Positions 19,686-32,785 are shown, counted from the first letter of the stretch. The stretch: 64,000 bases of DNA from Flavobacteriales bacterium (GCA_965657945.1 CBFHPW010000006.1:18702-82701), one strand, 5' to 3'. The notes: generated from the letters alone by a model not told the origin. A program made the numbers and translations.

Positions 19686-19713
19686 AAAAAAAGGCTCCAC
19701 TTTCTTGGAACCC
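19684..19713 (-). terminator. Rho-independent terminator of pckA
   Basis: The minus-strand RNA reads GGUUCC-AAGAAAGU-GGAGCC followed by a U8 tract, about 25 nt after the pckA stop. Confidence 0.5.
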
Positions 19714-19737
19714 TTTTAAGTTGATGTATTAGATTGG

Positions 19738-21354
19738 TTAGACGATTACTGCCTTTGAATTTGGAGCAGCAGCCATAATTTCTTCATTTGCGGCATCCTC
19801 GAACTTCTTGAAGTTTTCAACAAAATTACCAGCTAAATTACTTGCTTTGGCGTCATACGCTGATTTATCTGCCCACGTATTTTTAGGGTGAAGCATTTCC
19901 GTAGGTACGTTCTCACATTCGTTTGGCATGGCCAGCCCGAATACTTCATGAGTTGTGTACTCTACATTCTCCAACTTCCCTTCTAAAGCAGCTGTAATCA
20001 TGGCTCTGGTATACTTCAATTTAATTCTGCTTCCTACTCCATATTCTCCACCGGACCATCCTGTGTTAATTAGCCAAACCTTTACACCAGTCTCCTCAAT
20101 CTTTTTTCCAAGCATTTCTGCGTACTTGGTTGGATGTAACGGCAAAAATGGAGCTCCAAAACATGCTGAAAAAACTGTTTGCGGCTCAGTTACTCCTGCT
20201 TCAGTACCTGCCACTTTCGCTGTATACCCCGAAATAAAATGATACATTGCTTGTCCAGGTGTTAACTTAGAAATTGGAGGTAATACTCCGAACGCATCAG
20301 CTGTTAGGAAAAAGATATTTTTTGGAATTCCTCCTTTTGAAGGAACCATAATATTATCGATGTGGTGAATAGGATACGATACTCGTGTGTTTTGAGTAAT
20401 TGCAGTGTCACTGTAATCTGGAGTTGAAGTTCCTTCTTGGAACCCAATATTTTCCAAAATTGCACCAAATTTTATTGCATTATAAATCTGTGGCTCTTGC
20501 TCTTCTGTTAAGTCAATTGTCTTGGCATAACATCCACCTTCAAAATTAAAAACACTGTCTTTTGACCATCCGTGCTCGTCATCTCCAATTAGCCTTCTAT
20601 TTGGATCAGAAGATAAGGTGGTTTTTCCTGTTCCTGAGAGCCCAAAAAACACGGCAGTATCACCATCTTTTCCCACATTAGCTGAACAGTGCATTGATAG
20701 CGTGTTTTTTTCGTGAGGCAAAATGAAATTCAAAACAGAGAAAATTCCTTTTTTGATTTCACCAGTATATCCAGTTCCACCGATAATTATCATCTTTTTA
20801 GTGAAATTTACCACCGCAAAATTATGCTGTCTCGTGCCGTCTTCAGCAGCAACAGCCATCATTCCAGGAGCATTTATTACATACCACTCAGGGTTGAAGT
20901 TTTCTAGCTCAGCTTTTTCTGGTCTTAAGAACATGTTACTAGCAAACATATTTGACCAAGGAAACTCTGTGATAACTCTTAGATTTAGTCTGTAGTCTTC
21001 ATCAGCGCATGCGTATGCATCACGCACAAACACTTCTTTTCCAGCTAAGTAATCATTAATTTTAGCGTGTAGCTTATCAAAGTTTTCAGGGGTAAATTTG
21101 ATATTAATATCTCCCCACCATACTGATTCTTCGGTTTTGTCATCACAAACAATGAATCTATCCTTAGGTGATCTACCTGTAAACTCACCTGTATTTATTA
21201 CAAGTGCACCAGTGTCTGACAATTTTCCTTGTCCCAAATCTATGGTTTTTTGAGTCAATTCTTCTGGTGTAAGATTCCAATGAGCTTTGTCAATTTTTCC
21301 AAGCCCAAGTTCTTTGAGGTTTGAAGTGTTAGGTACTAATCCTAATTCATTCAT
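19738..21354 (-). CDS. pckA: Phosphoenolpyruvate carboxykinase (ATP)
   Basis: 538 aa, kinase-1a P-loop 'GLSGTGKTTLS', 'IGDDEHGW', and overall layout of ATP-dependent PEPCK. Confidence 0.95.
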   Translation of the reverse strand: MNELGLVPNTSNLKELGLGKIDKAHWNLTPEELTQKTIDLGQGKLSDTGALVINTGEFTGRSPKDRFIVCDDKTEESVWWGDINIKFTPENFDKLHAKINDYLAGKEVFVRDAYACADEDYRLNLRVITEFPWSNMFASNMFLRPEKAELENFNPEWYVINAPGMMAVAAEDGTRQHNFAVVNFTKKMIIIGGTGYTGEIKKGIFSVLNFILPHEKNTLSMHCSANVGKDGDTAVFFGLSGTGKTTLSSDPNRRLIGDDEHGWSKDSVFNFEGGCYAKTIDLTEEQEPQIYNAIKFGAILENIGFQEGTSTPDYSDTAITQNTRVSYPIHHIDNIMVPSKGGIPKNIFFLTADAFGVLPPISKLTPGQAMYHFISGYTAKVAGTEAGVTEPQTVFSACFGAPFLPLHPTKYAEMLGKKIEETGVKVWLINTGWSGGEYGVGSRIKLKYTRAMITAALEGKLENVEYTTHEVFGLAMPNECENVPTEMLHPKNTWADKSAYDAKASNLAGNFVENFKKFEDAANEEIMAAAPNSKAVIV

Positions 21355-21483
21355 AAATTTTCTTTTTTGAAATTATGAAACAAAATTACTGCTAATTCTA
21401 GTATTATACTCTTAATTAAGATATGTTTTTCCACAAATAGTTCGAGTTTTCCACTAATTGTAAAGTGTACAATTACCTATAAA

Positions 21484-21864
21484 TTAATCATTTTTAATTA
21501 ATTTATAGAGCAACAAAATAACTGCCAAAATCATTAATAAGCCTCCAATTGGGGTTACAGGCCATACATAACTTGATACTCCCGATTGATAAAAAAGGCT
21601 AATCGCGTAAAGCGAAAAACTAAAACAACATGCCCCAATAACAAAGAATAAAGCCGGTAATTTTATGGAAAAATTAAATGCATTGTAGTTCAACCCTAAA
21701 ATCAACAGAACTATACCTGCATAAAACTGATAATCAACTCCAGTTCTTAAAGATTTAAGCTGTTTTGGTTCCAATACGTTTTCAAAGTAATGAGCACCAA
21801 AAGCACCCATAACTATTGCAAATGCAATAAAAATTAATCCAATAATTGTCGTGCTTTTATTCAC
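21484..21864 (-). CDS. DUF423-like small integral membrane protein
   Basis: Four predicted TM helices and 'GAFGAH' near the N-terminus. The track start at 21900 is TTG and would overlap the upstream gene by 26 nt. The in-frame GTG at 21864 ('VNKSTTIIGLI') avoids the overlap and is preferred, but the start remains uncertain. Confidence 0.6.
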   Translation of the reverse strand: MNKSTTIIGLIFIAFAIVMGAFGAHYFENVLEPKQLKSLRTGVDYQFYAGIVLLILGLNYNAFNFSIKLPALFFVIGACCFSFSLYAISLFYQSGVSSYVWPVTPIGGLLMILAVILLLYKLIKND

Positions 21865-21874
21865 AGAAAAAGTA

Positions 21875-22201
21875 TTAGGCTTGAGTTGTCGGTCCTCCAA
21901 AGTTCATAGGTATTCCACCACCTTGATTTCCATTATCAAGGTCTTTTATCACACCATGTTGGCTTTCGTACTTTCCAATATTATCAACCAAAGCTTTCAT
22001 CAATCTTTTGGCATGTTGTGGAGTTAGTAAAATTCTCGATTTTACTTTCGCTTTGGGAGTTCCTGGCATCATCCTTACAAAATCCACCACAAATTCTGCC
22101 GGTGAGTGAGTAATAATGGCCAAGTTGGAATAAATTCCATCAGCAATTTCTTCTGATAATTCAATATTAATTTGGTTTGGGTCTTGATTTTGATCTTCCA
22201 T
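21875..22201 (-). CDS. DUF3467-like protein (conserved downstream of rpoC in Bacteroidota)
   Basis: 108 aa with 'IYSNLAIITHSPAEFVVDFVRMMPG...ILLTPQHAKRL', matching my recollection of DUF3467, and in the characteristic position after rpoC. Confidence 0.7.
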   Translation of the reverse strand: MEDQNQDPNQINIELSEEIADGIYSNLAIITHSPAEFVVDFVRMMPGTPKAKVKSRILLTPQHAKRLMKALVDNIGKYESQHGVIKDLDNGNQGGGIPMNFGGPTTQA

Positions 22202-22227
22202 TGTCAGTTTATTTTGAATATAAAGTT

Positions 22228-22261
22228 AAAAAAAAAAGCCTTCCCGAAATCTCGAGAAGGC
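22228..22261 (-). terminator. Rho-independent terminator after rpoC
   Basis: The minus-strand RNA reads GCCUUC-(12 nt)-GAAGGC followed by a U10 tract, 25 nt after the rpoC stop. Confidence 0.6.
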
Positions 22262-22285
22262 AATCTTAGTGTATCTTGTTTTTAA

Positions 22286-25200
22286 TTATGCTTCAGTTTC
22301 TTCAGTAACTTCCTCTGTTACCTCTTCAGCTTCATTTACCGAAGTTGAAACTACCTCCATGTTGTCATATTTTCTCATTCCAGTACCTGCTGGTATTAAG
22401 TGTCCTACGATTACATTTTCTTTCAATCCTTTCAAGTAGTCTACTTTTCCTTTTACAGCTGCTTCGTTCAATACCTTTGTCGTTTCTTGGAAAGAAGCCG
22501 CAGACATGAAACTATCAGTTTGTAGAGAAGAACGTGTAATACCCTGAAGCATTGGACGAGAGGTTGCTGCTACAGCATCTCTTGCCGTAACCAACTGAGC
22601 ATCTTTTCTCTTAAGGTTAGAATTCTCGTCTCTTAGTTTTCTTGCAGAAATAATCTGACCTGGTTTTAACACATCAGAATCTCCAGCATCTTCCACCACT
22701 TTCATTCCCCAAATTCTATCGTTTTCTTCTAAGAATTTGATTTTGTCAGCAGCTTGCTTTTCTAAGAATTTCGTATCCCCAGCATCAATAATCTCCACCT
22801 TTCTCATCATTTGACGCACGATTACTTCAAAGTGCTTGTCATTAATTTTTACTCCTTGTAGTCTGTACACCTCCTGAACTTCATTCACGATGTATTCTTG
22901 CACAGCAGTAGGCCCTTTGATTTCCAAGATACTCTTTGGAGTAATAGCTCCGTCCGATAATTGCATTCCGGCTCTTACGAAGTCATTTTCTTGAACTAAG
23001 ATGTGTTTAGACAAAGAAACTGCATATTTCTTCACAATTCCTGTTCTTGATTCAATAATAATTTCTCTTTTTCCTCTTTTGATTTTACCGAATGAAACGA
23101 TACCATCAATTTCAGAAACCACAGCTGGGTTTGAAGGGTTACGTGCTTCGAATAATTCTGTAATTCTAGGTAAACCTCCTGTAATATCACCCGTTTTACC
23201 AGAAACTCTAGGTATTTTTACTAGAATACGTCCTGATTCTATTTTCTCATTATCATCTACGTTAATGATCGCTCCTACTGGAATGTTATAACTCTTGATT
23301 ACGTTCTTTTTAGAATCCATAATTCGAATTACCGGAATCTTCTTCTTATCCTTAGAGTCAGTAATTACTTTATCAGCAAATCCTGTTTGCTCATCCACTT
23401 CTTCTCTAAAAGTAATACCTTCTTCAATATTTTCGAAAGAAATAGAACCTTTAGATTCCGAGACGATCACTGCGTTGTATGGATCCCACGTACAAATCAC
23501 ATCTCCTTTTTGTACAGAACTTCCGTTTGGCGTTTTCAAGAACGAACCATAAGGAATATTATTTGTAGCTAAAGTAACTCCAGTTTTAGGATCTAGAATC
23601 TTCATTTCTGCCGAACGACCAATAACTACAGTAATGTCATTACCCTCTTTATCTTTTGTATCGATAGTTTTAAGTTCGTCAATATCCAATTTCCCTTCGT
23701 ACTTCGCCTGAAGACTATTTTCATCCGCAATATTCGAGGCTGTTCCCCCTACGTGGAATGTTCTTAATGTCAGCTGTGTTCCTGGTTCTCCAATGGACTG
23801 GGCAGCAATTACTCCAACAGTCTCACCTACTTTTACCATTCGTGAAGTAGATAAGTTTCGTCCGTAACATTTCGCACAAACTCCTCTTTTCAATTCACAA
23901 GTAAGAACCGATCTCACTTCTACTTCATCAATATCTGCTTCTACAATTGCAGTGGCAGTTTCTTCTGTAATTTCATCTCCTTCAACCACCAAAACCTCTT
24001 CAGTTTTAGGATGTTTCAATGTAAATACACTTACTCTACCAACGATTCTATTGTACAATGATTCAATTTCTTCGTCATTCTTTTTCAAAGAAGTAACGTT
24101 AATACCTCTCAATGTTCCACAATCTTCATCATTAATGATTACATCTTGTGATACATCTACCAGTCTTCTTGTTAAATATCCTGCATCGGCTGTTTTCAGA
24201 GCTGTATCTGCAAGACCTTTACGCGCACCGTGAGTAGAAATAAAGTACTCAAGTACTGAAAGTCCTTCTTTAAAGTTAGACAAAATTGGGTTTTCGATAA
24301 TTTGTTGGCTTGTTGCCCCAGATTTCTGTGGTTTTGCCATCAATCCCCTCATTCCTGATAACTGACGAATTTGCTCTTTAGAACCCCTTGCTCCAGAATC
24401 AAACATCATGTAAATTGAGTTGAATCCTTGCATGTCATTCTTTAATTGATCCATTAAGATATGAGTCAACCTAGAGTTGGTGTGCGTCCAAATATCAATA
24501 ATTTGGTTGTAACGCTCATTATTTGTAATAAGTCCCATGTTGTAATTCTCCATTACATCTGTTACTTCATCTTGAGCTTTGTTTACCAGAATATCTTTTT
24601 CAACTGGAATAATAATATCATCAAGGTTGAATGACAAACCACCTTTGAAGGCATTTGTGTATCCCATTTCCTTAATATCATCCAAAAATTCTGCAGTTTT
24701 AGAAACTCCACAAATCTTAAGGACTCTTCCAATAATGTCTCTCAAAGATTTCTTAGTAAGGACATCATTTATATATCCTACTTCTTTAGGAACTAGATCA
24801 TTAAACAATACTCTACCACAAGTTGTTTCTATCAATTTAGTAACCGCTTGACCTTTTTCCATGTCGTGCGTTCTTACTTTGATTGTTGCATGCAAGTCCA
24901 ATTTCTTTTCGTTGTATGCTATCACTACTTCTTCTGGAGAGTAGAAAATTTTATCTTCTCCTTTCACTATTTCCTCGTCAGTAGTTCTTTTTTGCTTGGT
25001 AATGTAATACAATCCCAATACCATATCCTGCGAAGGAACCGTAATTGGTGCTCCATTGGCAGGGTTCAAGATATTGTGAGAAGCAAGCATTAATAGCTGT
25101 GCTTCAAGTATTGCCGCATTAGAAAGAGGCAAGTGAACCGCCATTTGATCTCCATCAAAATCGGCATTAAATGCTGTACATACCAAAGGGTGTAGTCTAA

Positions 25201-26596
25201 TAGCTTTTCCTTCTATCAATTTAGGCTGGAAAGCTTGAATACCTAATCTGTGAAGAGTTGGGGCCCTGTTCAAAAGAACTGGGTGATTCTTCAATACGTT
25301 TTCCAAAATATCCCAAACAACAGGGTCTTTTGAATCAACAATTTTCTTTGCAGATTTAACAGTCTTTACAATTCCTCTTTCAATCATTTTTCGGATTACA
25401 AAAGGCTTGTAAAGCTCGGCTGCCATGTCTTTTGGAATTCCACATTCGTGCAACTTCAAATTTGGTCCTACCACAATGACAGAACGTGCAGAATAATCTA
25501 CCCTTTTTCCAAGTAGGTTCTGTCTGAAACGTCCAGATTTTCCTTTCAATGAATCCGAAAGTGATTTCAAAGGTCTGTTACCATCCGCTTTTACTGCACT
25601 AGATTTTCTTGAGTTATCAAATAAAGAATCTACAGATTCCTGCAACATTCTCTTTTCATTTCTCAAAATTACTTCTGGAGCTTTAATCTCGATCAATCGT
25701 TTTAAACGATTGTTTCTGATAATAACTCTTCTGTACAAATCATTCAAATCTGATGTGGCAAATCTTCCTCCGTCCAATGGTACCAATGGTCTCAATTCTG
25801 GTGGAATAACTGGAACAACTTTAACAATCATCCACTCAGGTCTGTTTTCAACAGCCTGGTTTACAGAGTTTCTCATTCCTTCAACAACTTGCAATCTTTT
25901 CAGCGCCTCCGCTTTTCTTTGTTGCGAGGTTTCTGTATTAGCTTGATGTCTTAGGTTATAAGACAATTCATCTAAATCCAATCCTTTTAACAAATCGAAA
26001 AGAGCTTCCGCTCCCATTTTTGCGATAAATTTATTTGGGTCAGAATCATCAAGATATAGGCTTTCTTTCGGTTGCTTTTCTAGAATATCTAAATATTCTT
26101 CTTCCGTAAGGAAATCCATAAATTGAACAGGTTCACCTTCAGCATTTATTGTTCCTGCAGCTTGAATTACAACGTATCTTTCATAGTAGATAATTTGATT
26201 CAGCTTTTTTGTAGGTAATCCCAAAAGGTAACCAATTTTGTTTGGCAACGATTTGAAATACCATATGTGAGCTACTGGCACTACCAATTGGATGTGTCCA
26301 GTTCTTGTTCTTCTCACCTTTTTCTCAGTTACTTCTACTCCACATCTATCACATACAATTCCTTTGTACCTGATTCTCTTATATTTTCCACAGTAACATT
26401 CGTAATCTTTTACTGGGCCAAAAATTCTTTCACAGAACAAACCATCTCTTTCTGGTTTGTATGTTCTGTAATTGATTGTTTCTGGTTTCAGTACTTCACC
26501 ATGCGAACTCTCCAAAATAGTTTCTGGAGAAGATAGACTAATGGTTATTTTATTGAACTTTTGAGGTTCTTGTTGGTTATTTTTCCTGTATGACAT
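22286..26596 (-). CDS. rpoC: DNA-directed RNA polymerase subunit beta'
   Basis: 1436 aa, Zn-finger '[23 protein letters not shown]', catalytic '[12 protein letters not shown]'. Confidence 0.98.
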   Translation of the reverse strand: MSYRKNNQQEPQKFNKITISLSSPETILESSHGEVLKPETINYRTYKPERDGLFCERIFGPVKDYECYCGKYKRIRYKGIVCDRCGVEVTEKKVRRTRTGHIQLVVPVAHIWYFKSLPNKIGYLLGLPTKKLNQIIYYERYVVIQAAGTINAEGEPVQFMDFLTEEEYLDILEKQPKESLYLDDSDPNKFIAKMGAEALFDLLKGLDLDELSYNLRHQANTETSQQRKAEALKRLQVVEGMRNSVNQAVENRPEWMIVKVVPVIPPELRPLVPLDGGRFATSDLNDLYRRVIIRNNRLKRLIEIKAPEVILRNEKRMLQESVDSLFDNSRKSSAVKADGNRPLKSLSDSLKGKSGRFRQNLLGKRVDYSARSVIVVGPNLKLHECGIPKDMAAELYKPFVIRKMIERGIVKTVKSAKKIVDSKDPVVWDILENVLKNHPVLLNRAPTLHRLGIQAFQPKLIEGKAIRLHPLVCTAFNADFDGDQMAVHLPLSNAAILEAQLLMLASHNILNPANGAPITVPSQDMVLGLYYITKQKRTTDEEIVKGEDKIFYSPEEVVIAYNEKKLDLHATIKVRTHDMEKGQAVTKLIETTCGRVLFNDLVPKEVGYINDVLTKKSLRDIIGRVLKICGVSKTAEFLDDIKEMGYTNAFKGGLSFNLDDIIIPVEKDILVNKAQDEVTDVMENYNMGLITNNERYNQIIDIWTHTNSRLTHILMDQLKNDMQGFNSIYMMFDSGARGSKEQIRQLSGMRGLMAKPQKSGATSQQIIENPILSNFKEGLSVLEYFISTHGARKGLADTALKTADAGYLTRRLVDVSQDVIINDEDCGTLRGINVTSLKKNDEEIESLYNRIVGRVSVFTLKHPKTEEVLVVEGDEITEETATAIVEADIDEVEVRSVLTCELKRGVCAKCYGRNLSTSRMVKVGETVGVIAAQSIGEPGTQLTLRTFHVGGTASNIADENSLQAKYEGKLDIDELKTIDTKDKEGNDITVVIGRSAEMKILDPKTGVTLATNNIPYGSFLKTPNGSSVQKGDVICTWDPYNAVIVSESKGSISFENIEEGITFREEVDEQTGFADKVITDSKDKKKIPVIRIMDSKKNVIKSYNIPVGAIINVDDNEKIESGRILVKIPRVSGKTGDITGGLPRITELFEARNPSNPAVVSEIDGIVSFGKIKRGKREIIIESRTGIVKKYAVSLSKHILVQENDFVRAGMQLSDGAITPKSILEIKGPTAVQEYIVNEVQEVYRLQGVKINDKHFEVIVRQMMRKVEIIDAGDTKFLEKQAADKIKFLEENDRIWGMKVVEDAGDSDVLKPGQIISARKLRDENSNLKRKDAQLVTARDAVAATSRPMLQGITRSSLQTDSFMSAASFQETTKVLNEAAVKGKVDYLKGLKENVIVGHLIPAGTGMRKYDNMEVVSTSVNEAEEVTEEVTEETEA

Positions 26597-26629
26597 AGGT
26601 TACAGTTATTTTAAAATGTGTAATAAAAA

Positions 26630-29600
26630 TTAATCTAAAGTAAGGGTCAATCCTAATCCTTTCAGCTCGTGCATAAGTACGTTGAAAGATTCTGGAATAC
26701 CTGGCTCAGGTATGTTGTCACCTTTTACGATAGCTTCATACGTTTTCATTCTTCCATAAACATCATCAGACTTAACTGTCAATATTTCTCTCAAAATGTG
26801 AGCTGCTCCAAATGCTTCAAGAGCCCATACTTCCATTTCTCCAAATCTTTGACCACCAAATTGCGCCTTACCTCCAAGTGGTTGTTGCGTAATCAATGAG
26901 TAGGGTCCAATAGATCTAGCATGCATCTTATCGTCAACCATGTGACTTAGTTTAAGCATGTAAATGATTCCTACAGTAGCTGGTTGATCAAATCTTTCTC
27001 CTGATCCACCATCGTACAAGTATGTCTTACCAAATCTTGGTACTCCCGCTTCATCTGTGTATCCATTTATCTGATCAATAGTAGCTCCGTCAAAAATTGG
27101 TGTAGCAAACTTCTTTCCAAGTTTTTCTCCTGCCCAACCTAACACAGTTTCATAAATCTGTCCTAAGTTCATTCTTGATGGTACACCAAGTGGATTCAGT
27201 ACGATATCTACTGGAGTTCCGTCATCCAAGAATGGCATATCTTCATCCCTTACGATTCTCGATACAATCCCCTTGTTTCCGTGACGTCCTGCCATTTTAT
27301 CACCCACTTTTAGTTTTCTCTTCTTAGCAATGTAAACCTTCGCAAGTTTTACAATTCCATTTGGCAATTCATCTCCAACCGTTACTTTGAATTGTTTTCT
27401 TTTGAATGCTCCTAATAGGTCGTTTGCTTTGATACTAAAGTTGTGAAGTAGCTTGGCAATATTTGAATTGATTTCAGCATCCGAAGTCCAATTTTCTGAA
27501 CTAATGATAGTAAAGTCAATTTTCTCCAAATTCTTTGCTGTAATCTTGATTCCTTTTTTGATTACCTCCTCTTTGTAGTTATTGAAAATACCAGCACTTT
27601 TATTCGTGTCAATTAGTTTCAATAATTTCTCAATCAATACATTTTTCAAAGATGCGTAATCTTTGTTGTATTCAGCTTCTACTTCCAATAACAAGGCTTT
27701 ATCAGCGGCCCTAGATTTTCTATCTTTTACAGCTCTTGAAAATAATTTCTTATTTACAACAACACCTCTTAATGAAGGGGAAGCTTTTAAGGAAGCATCT
27801 TTTACATCACCTGCTTTGTCTCCAAAAATTGCTCTTAGTAACTTTTCTTCAGGTGAAGGATCAGATTCTCCTTTTGGAGTAATCTTTCCAATCAAAATGT
27901 CTCCTTCTTTAATTTCAGCACCTTCTCTAATGATACCGTTTTCATCCAGATTCTTTGTTGCCTCTTCACTTACGTTTGGAATGTCAGATGTTAATTCTTC
28001 CAATCCTCTCTTCGTATCTCTCACATCCATGGTATACTCATCAATGTGCAAAGATGTAAAGACATCGTCTCTCACTACTCTTTCAGAAATTACGATAGCA
28101 TCCTCAAAGTTGTATCCTTTCCATGGCATAAATGCTACTTTCAAGTTTTGACCAATTGCCAATTCTCCTTTTTGCGTTGCATATCCTTCTGATAAAATCT
28201 GACCTTTCTTAACTTTCTGACCAACTTTTACCAATGGCTTTAGGTTAATACAAGTATTTTGATTTGTTTTTTGGAACTTAATTAAGTTGTACTCCTTCTT
28301 ATCTCCATCAAAAGAAACCAATTTTTCGGTGTCGGTTCTCTTGTACTCAATTACAATTTTCTCTGCATCAACGTAATCTACTACCCCATCACCTTCAGCG
28401 TTGATAAGTGTTCTTGAATCTCTAGCTACCAATCCTTCAATTCCAGTTCCTACAATCGGAGAGTTTGGTACTAACAATGGCACAGCCTGACGTTGCATGT
28501 TGGATCCCATCAAGGCTCTGTTGGCATCATCATGCTCCAAGAATGGAATTAAGGACGCTGCAATTGAGGCTATTTGATTGGCACCAACATCCATATATTT
28601 CAATGTACCTGGGTCAACCAATGGGAAATCTCCTTCAAGTCTTGCTTTTACTTCATCAGTTTTAAAGTTACCTTTTTTATCAATTTCAGTGTTCAGCTGA
28701 GCAATAATAGTATTGTCTTCTTCCTCTGCACTCAAATATATAGGTCCTTTTTCTAACTGAACTTTACCTTTTTCAATCTCCCAATAGGGAGTTTCTATAA
28801 ATCCAAGTTTGTTAATTTTTGCGTAAACGCACAAAGAAGAAATAAGACCAATGTTGGGTCCTTCTGGTGTTTCAATTGTACACAATCTTCCATAGTGAGT
28901 GTAGTGTACATCTCTTACCTCAAAACCTGCTCTTTCTCTCGATAAACCACCAGGTCCAAGGGCAGAAAGTCTTCTTTTGTGTGTTACCTCGGCCAATGGA
29001 TTCGTTTGATCCATGAACTGAGACAGTTGGTTTGTTCCAAAGAATGAATTGATAACAGACGATAAAGCTTTTGCGTTTATCAAATCTGCAGGCGTGAACA
29101 CCTCATTATCTCTTACATTCATTCTTTCACGTATCGTTCTCGACATTCTAGCTAATCCTACTCCAAATTGGTTGTATAACTGCTCTCCTACCGTTCTTAC
29201 ACGTCTGTTACTCAAGTGATCGATATCATCAATTTCTGCCTTAGCATTTATCAATTCTATCAAATACTTGATTATATTAATGATATCTTCTCTAGTCAAG
29301 ACTCTTTGGTCCATTCCTAAATCTGTACCTAATTTCTTATTAATTCTATATCTTCCTACTTCCCCTAAATCATACCTTGCCTCTGAGAAAAATAATTTAT
29401 CAATTACTCCTCTTGCTGTATCAATGTCTGGTGGTTCAGCATTACGCAGTTGTCTATAGATATGTTCAACGGCTTCTTTTTCAGAATTAGAAGTATCTTT
29501 TTGAAGTGTATTGTAAATAATCGAGAAGTTAGAAGCGGTAATATCTTCCTTGTTAATGATAATTTTCTTTACACCTTCTTCAATGATTAAATCAATATTT

Positions 29601-30442
29601 TCTTCCGTAAGAACGATGTCTCTATCAAGAACTACCTCATTTCTTTCTATCGATACAACTTCACCGGTATCTTCATCTACGAAATCTTCTACCCAAGTTT
29701 TTAAAACTCTTGCAGCCAATTTAGATCCAACCAATTTTTTCTTTGAAGATTTACTTACACTTACTTCGTGAGCAAGGTCAAAAATCTCTAAAATATCTTT
29801 ATCAGTTTCAAATCCAATAGCCCTTAGTAAGGTAGTAACAGGAAGCTTCTTCTTTCTGTCTATGTATGCATACAGGATATCATTAATATCTGTAGCAAAT
29901 TCAATCCAAGAACCTTTAAAAGGAATTACTCTTGCCGAGTACAATTTGGTACCATTGGCGTGAGTACTATGCCCAAAGAAAACCCCTGGTGATCTATGAA
30001 GTTGTGAAACTATTACACGTTCAGCACCATTGATTATAAACGAACCTTTTGGCGACATGTAAGGAATAGTTCCTAAATATACATCCTGAACAATCGTTTC
30101 GAAATCCTCATGTTCTGGATCTGTACAATATAATTTTAATTTTGCTTTCAGAGGAACACTGTAAGTTAATCCTCTATCGATACACTCCGTAATGGAGTAA
30201 CGTGGTGGATCCACGAAATAATCGATGAATTCCAATACGAATTGGTTTCTAGTATCCGTAATTGGGAAATTTTCACTAAACACCTTGAAGAGACCTTCGT
30301 CTGCTCTTCTGTCTGGTGCTGTTTCTAGTTGAAAAAAGTTTGTAAATGATTCCAATTGAATTTCTAAGAAATCCGGGTAATCAAATTTGTTGTGATTAGA
30401 AGAGAAGTTTACTCTTATTGGGTCGAACTTTATATTAGCCAT
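26630..30442 (-). CDS. rpoB: DNA-directed RNA polymerase subunit beta
   Basis: 1270 aa, conserved blocks '[25 protein letters not shown]' and '[16 protein letters not shown]'. Confidence 0.98.
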   Translation of the reverse strand: MANIKFDPIRVNFSSNHNKFDYPDFLEIQLESFTNFFQLETAPDRRADEGLFKVFSENFPITDTRNQFVLEFIDYFVDPPRYSITECIDRGLTYSVPLKAKLKLYCTDPEHEDFETIVQDVYLGTIPYMSPKGSFIINGAERVIVSQLHRSPGVFFGHSTHANGTKLYSARVIPFKGSWIEFATDINDILYAYIDRKKKLPVTTLLRAIGFETDKDILEIFDLAHEVSVSKSSKKKLVGSKLAARVLKTWVEDFVDEDTGEVVSIERNEVVLDRDIVLTEENIDLIIEEGVKKIIINKEDITASNFSIIYNTLQKDTSNSEKEAVEHIYRQLRNAEPPDIDTARGVIDKLFFSEARYDLGEVGRYRINKKLGTDLGMDQRVLTREDIINIIKYLIELINAKAEIDDIDHLSNRRVRTVGEQLYNQFGVGLARMSRTIRERMNVRDNEVFTPADLINAKALSSVINSFFGTNQLSQFMDQTNPLAEVTHKRRLSALGPGGLSRERAGFEVRDVHYTHYGRLCTIETPEGPNIGLISSLCVYAKINKLGFIETPYWEIEKGKVQLEKGPIYLSAEEEDNTIIAQLNTEIDKKGNFKTDEVKARLEGDFPLVDPGTLKYMDVGANQIASIAASLIPFLEHDDANRALMGSNMQRQAVPLLVPNSPIVGTGIEGLVARDSRTLINAEGDGVVDYVDAEKIVIEYKRTDTEKLVSFDGDKKEYNLIKFQKTNQNTCINLKPLVKVGQKVKKGQILSEGYATQKGELAIGQNLKVAFMPWKGYNFEDAIVISERVVRDDVFTSLHIDEYTMDVRDTKRGLEELTSDIPNVSEEATKNLDENGIIREGAEIKEGDILIGKITPKGESDPSPEEKLLRAIFGDKAGDVKDASLKASPSLRGVVVNKKLFSRAVKDRKSRAADKALLLEVEAEYNKDYASLKNVLIEKLLKLIDTNKSAGIFNNYKEEVIKKGIKITAKNLEKIDFTIISSENWTSDAEINSNIAKLLHNFSIKANDLLGAFKRKQFKVTVGDELPNGIVKLAKVYIAKKRKLKVGDKMAGRHGNKGIVSRIVRDEDMPFLDDGTPVDIVLNPLGVPSRMNLGQIYETVLGWAGEKLGKKFATPIFDGATIDQINGYTDEAGVPRFGKTYLYDGGSGERFDQPATVGIIYMLKLSHMVDDKMHARSIGPYSLITQQPLGGKAQFGGQRFGEMEVWALEAFGAAHILREILTVKSDDVYGRMKTYEAIVKGDNIPEPGIPESFNVLMHELKGLGLTLTLD

Positions 30443-30574
30443 GTAAAATTGTTGATTTAAATCCTTTTATTCTAAATCTTGCTGATTAAACTCTGAGCTT
30501 AATCACTGATTATAAGTTTCTTAGAATCAGTTTATTCTTTATTGCTACTCTCTACAAAAAAATGGTTCTTATAG

Positions 30575-30612
30575 AAACAACAAAAGGTTTAGATGCATAA
30601 AGCACCTAAACC
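30575..30612 (-). terminator. rplL-rpoB intergenic hairpin (attenuator / partial terminator)
   Basis: The minus-strand RNA forms an 11-bp stem GGUUUAGGUGC/GCAUCUAAACC (one G-U pair) followed by UUUUGUUGUUU, 23 nt after the rplL stop. This is the position of the classical L7/L12-beta attenuator. Confidence 0.55.
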
Positions 30613-30634
30613 ATTAGTGTTTTTAAGTAGTAAA

Positions 30635-31009
30635 TTACTTAATCTCAACTTCAGCACCAGCTTCTTCGAGAGATTTTTTCAATCCTTCAGCTTCGTCCTT
30701 AGCGATTCCTTCTTTGATAGTGTTTGGTGCACCATCAACCATATCTTTTGCTTCTTTCAATCCTAAACCAGTCAATTCTTTTACCAATTTTACAACTGCT
30801 AATTTAGAACCACCTGCTGCTTTCAAGATTACATCGAATTCAGTTTTTTCTTCTGCTGCATCAGCTCCACCTGCTGCTGGTCCTGCAACTACTGCTGCTG
30901 CCGCTGCTGGTTCAATGTTGTACTCATCTTTCAAGATTGTTGCCAATTCTTGAACGTCTTTTACAGTTAGGTTTACTAATTCTTCTGCTAATTTTGCTAA
31001 ATCTGCCAT
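30635..31009 (-). CDS. rplL: 50S ribosomal protein L7/L12
   Basis: 124 aa, Ala-rich hinge, C-terminal '[22 protein letters not shown]'. Confidence 0.97.
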   Translation of the reverse strand: MADLAKLAEELVNLTVKDVQELATILKDEYNIEPAAAAAVVAGPAAGGADAAEEKTEFDVILKAAGGSKLAVVKLVKELTGLGLKEAKDMVDGAPNTIKEGIAKDEAEGLKKSLEEAGAEVEIK

Positions 31010-31101
31010 TTTTTATTTTTTTATTGTGTGTTATTCTATTTATTTAATATCCTTGAGAGAAGCATCCGTTATTTCAACAGAACTCAAGAAAAATTCTTTA
31101 T

Positions 31102-31620
31102 TTATCTTTCACCTAAAGTTTTAACAAGACCTGCAATTGTGCTTCCTCCCGAATTAAGGGCAGAAATAACATTTTTAGCAGGTGATTGAAGAAGTGTGAT
31201 GACATCTCCAATAAGCTCCTCTTTAGATTTAAGGGCAACTAATGTATCGATTTGATCATCTCCTACAAAAATAGCTTCTTCTACAAAAGCTCCTTTTAAA
31301 ATAGGCTTGTCACTTTTCTTTCTGAATTCCTTGATAATTTTTGCAGGCTCATTCCCTTTCTCGCTTATCATTAAAGAGGTTTGACCCTTCAATAAATCAT
31401 AAAATGGAGACATGTCTTTCCCCTCAATATTCTCAAGAGCTTTCTTCACCAAAGTATTTTTAACTACTTCCAAAGAAACTTCCCCCTTGAAACATCTTCT
31501 TCTCAATTTACTTGTTTCATCAGCACTAAGTTCTGATGTGTCAGCCAAATAAAAGATACTTGCATTACTAATCTTATCAGTTAAGTATGCTATTTGTTTA
31601 CTTTTTTCGTCTTTATTCAT
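31102..31620 (-). CDS. rplJ: 50S ribosomal protein L10
   Basis: 172 aa, located between rplA and rplL, with L10-like sequence ('LRRRCFKGEVSLEVVKNTL'). Confidence 0.93.
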   Translation of the reverse strand: MNKDEKSKQIAYLTDKISNASIFYLADTSELSADETSKLRRRCFKGEVSLEVVKNTLVKKALENIEGKDMSPFYDLLKGQTSLMISEKGNEPAKIIKEFRKKSDKPILKGAFVEEAIFVGDDQIDTLVALKSKEELIGDVITLLQSPAKNVISALNSGGSTIAGLVKTLGER

Positions 31621-31630
31621 TGCTGTTTTT

Positions 31631-32311
31631 TTAAATAGAACTTACGTCCACATTAATACTCGGACTCATTGTAGATGACATGTAAATACTTTTTACGTAC
31701 TGACCTTTAGCAGATGCCGGCTTCAGTTTTACAATTGTATCTATCAACTCTTTTGCATTCCCAAAAATATTATCTCCTGAGAAAGATGCTTTTCCAATTA
31801 AAGTATGAATAATTCCAAATTTATCTACTTTGAAATCAATTTTTCCTCCTTTTGAATCTTTCACAGCTTTCGCTACGTCCATAGTAACTGTTCCTGTTTT
31901 TGGATTTGGCATTAAGTTTCTTGGTCCTAGGATTCTTCCTAAAGCACCAATTTTACCCATTACGTTCGGAGTAGAAATGATTACATCTACATCTGTCCAG
32001 CCACCTTTGATTTTTTCGATATACTCATCTAATCCTACGAAATCAGCACCTGCTTCTTTTGCTTCTGCTTCTTTGTCAGGAGTACACAAAACCAAAACCT
32101 TCATATCTTTCCCAGTTCCGTTTGGAAGTGAAACACTTCCTCTCACCATTTGGTCAGCTTTTCTAGGGTCAACATTTAGCCTGATTGCTACATCAACTGT
32201 TGCATCAAATTTTACTGTCGTAATTTCCTTAATTAAATTACTCGCATCTTTTAAAGAATAGGACTTTTCCAAGTCATATTTCTCCAAAATTGCTCTTTTT
32301 GCTTTTGACAT
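31631..32311 (-). CDS. rplA: 50S ribosomal protein L1
   Basis: 226 aa with '[29 protein letters not shown]'. Confidence 0.95.
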   Translation of the reverse strand: MSKAKRAILEKYDLEKSYSLKDASNLIKEITTVKFDATVDVAIRLNVDPRKADQMVRGSVSLPNGTGKDMKVLVLCTPDKEAEAKEAGADFVGLDEYIEKIKGGWTDVDVIISTPNVMGKIGALGRILGPRNLMPNPKTGTVTMDVAKAVKDSKGGKIDFKVDKFGIIHTLIGKASFSGDNIFGNAKELIDTIVKLKPASAKGQYVKSIYMSSTMSPSINVDVSSI

Positions 32312-32327
32312 TTGTTATTATTTATGA

Positions 32328-32774
32328 TTAATTATTGCTCCATGGTGGAGTTCCTTGTACCGTTAATCCCATGCTTCTTGCTGTTCCTGCTACCATTCTC
32401 ATTGCTGATTCGATCACGAAACAGTTTAGATCAGGCATCTTGTCTTCTGCAATTGCTTTTACTTGTTCCCAAGTTACTTTACCCACTTTTACTCTGTTCG
32501 GCTCAGCTGACCCAGATTTAAGTTTTGCTGCTTCCAGTAATTGAACTGCCGCCGGTGGGGTTTTAATTACGAAATCGAAGGATTTATCCGAGTATACCGT
32601 AATTACTGCAGGAAGTACTTTTCCTGGTTTATCTTGGGTTCTCGCATTAAACTGCTTACAGAATTCCATGATATTAACACCTTTTGCTCCTAATGCAGGT
32701 CCAACTGGTGGGGAAGGATTCGCAGCTCCTCCTCTGATTTGTAGTTTAATTAAACCACTTACTTCTTTAGCCAT
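32328..32774 (-). CDS. rplK: 50S ribosomal protein L11
   Basis: 148 aa with '[25 protein letters not shown]'. Confidence 0.96.
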   Translation of the reverse strand: MAKEVSGLIKLQIRGGAANPSPPVGPALGAKGVNIMEFCKQFNARTQDKPGKVLPAVITVYSDKSFDFVIKTPPAAVQLLEAAKLKSGSAEPNRVKVGKVTWEQVKAIAEDKMPDLNCFVIESAMRMVAGTARSMGLTVQGTPPWSNN

Positions 32775-32785
32775 CTTTTAGTTAA

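Noticed and set aside
22286-30442. Numerous 60-160-aa antisense or out-of-frame ORFs inside rpoB and rpoC (for example 27663-28151), and likewise inside alaS, the ureohydrolase gene (14836-15294) and the NMT1-like gene (53313-53699)
   Set aside because: They lie within strongly supported conserved genes and have biased low-complexity composition with no motifs. These are typical shadow ORFs in AT-rich genomes.
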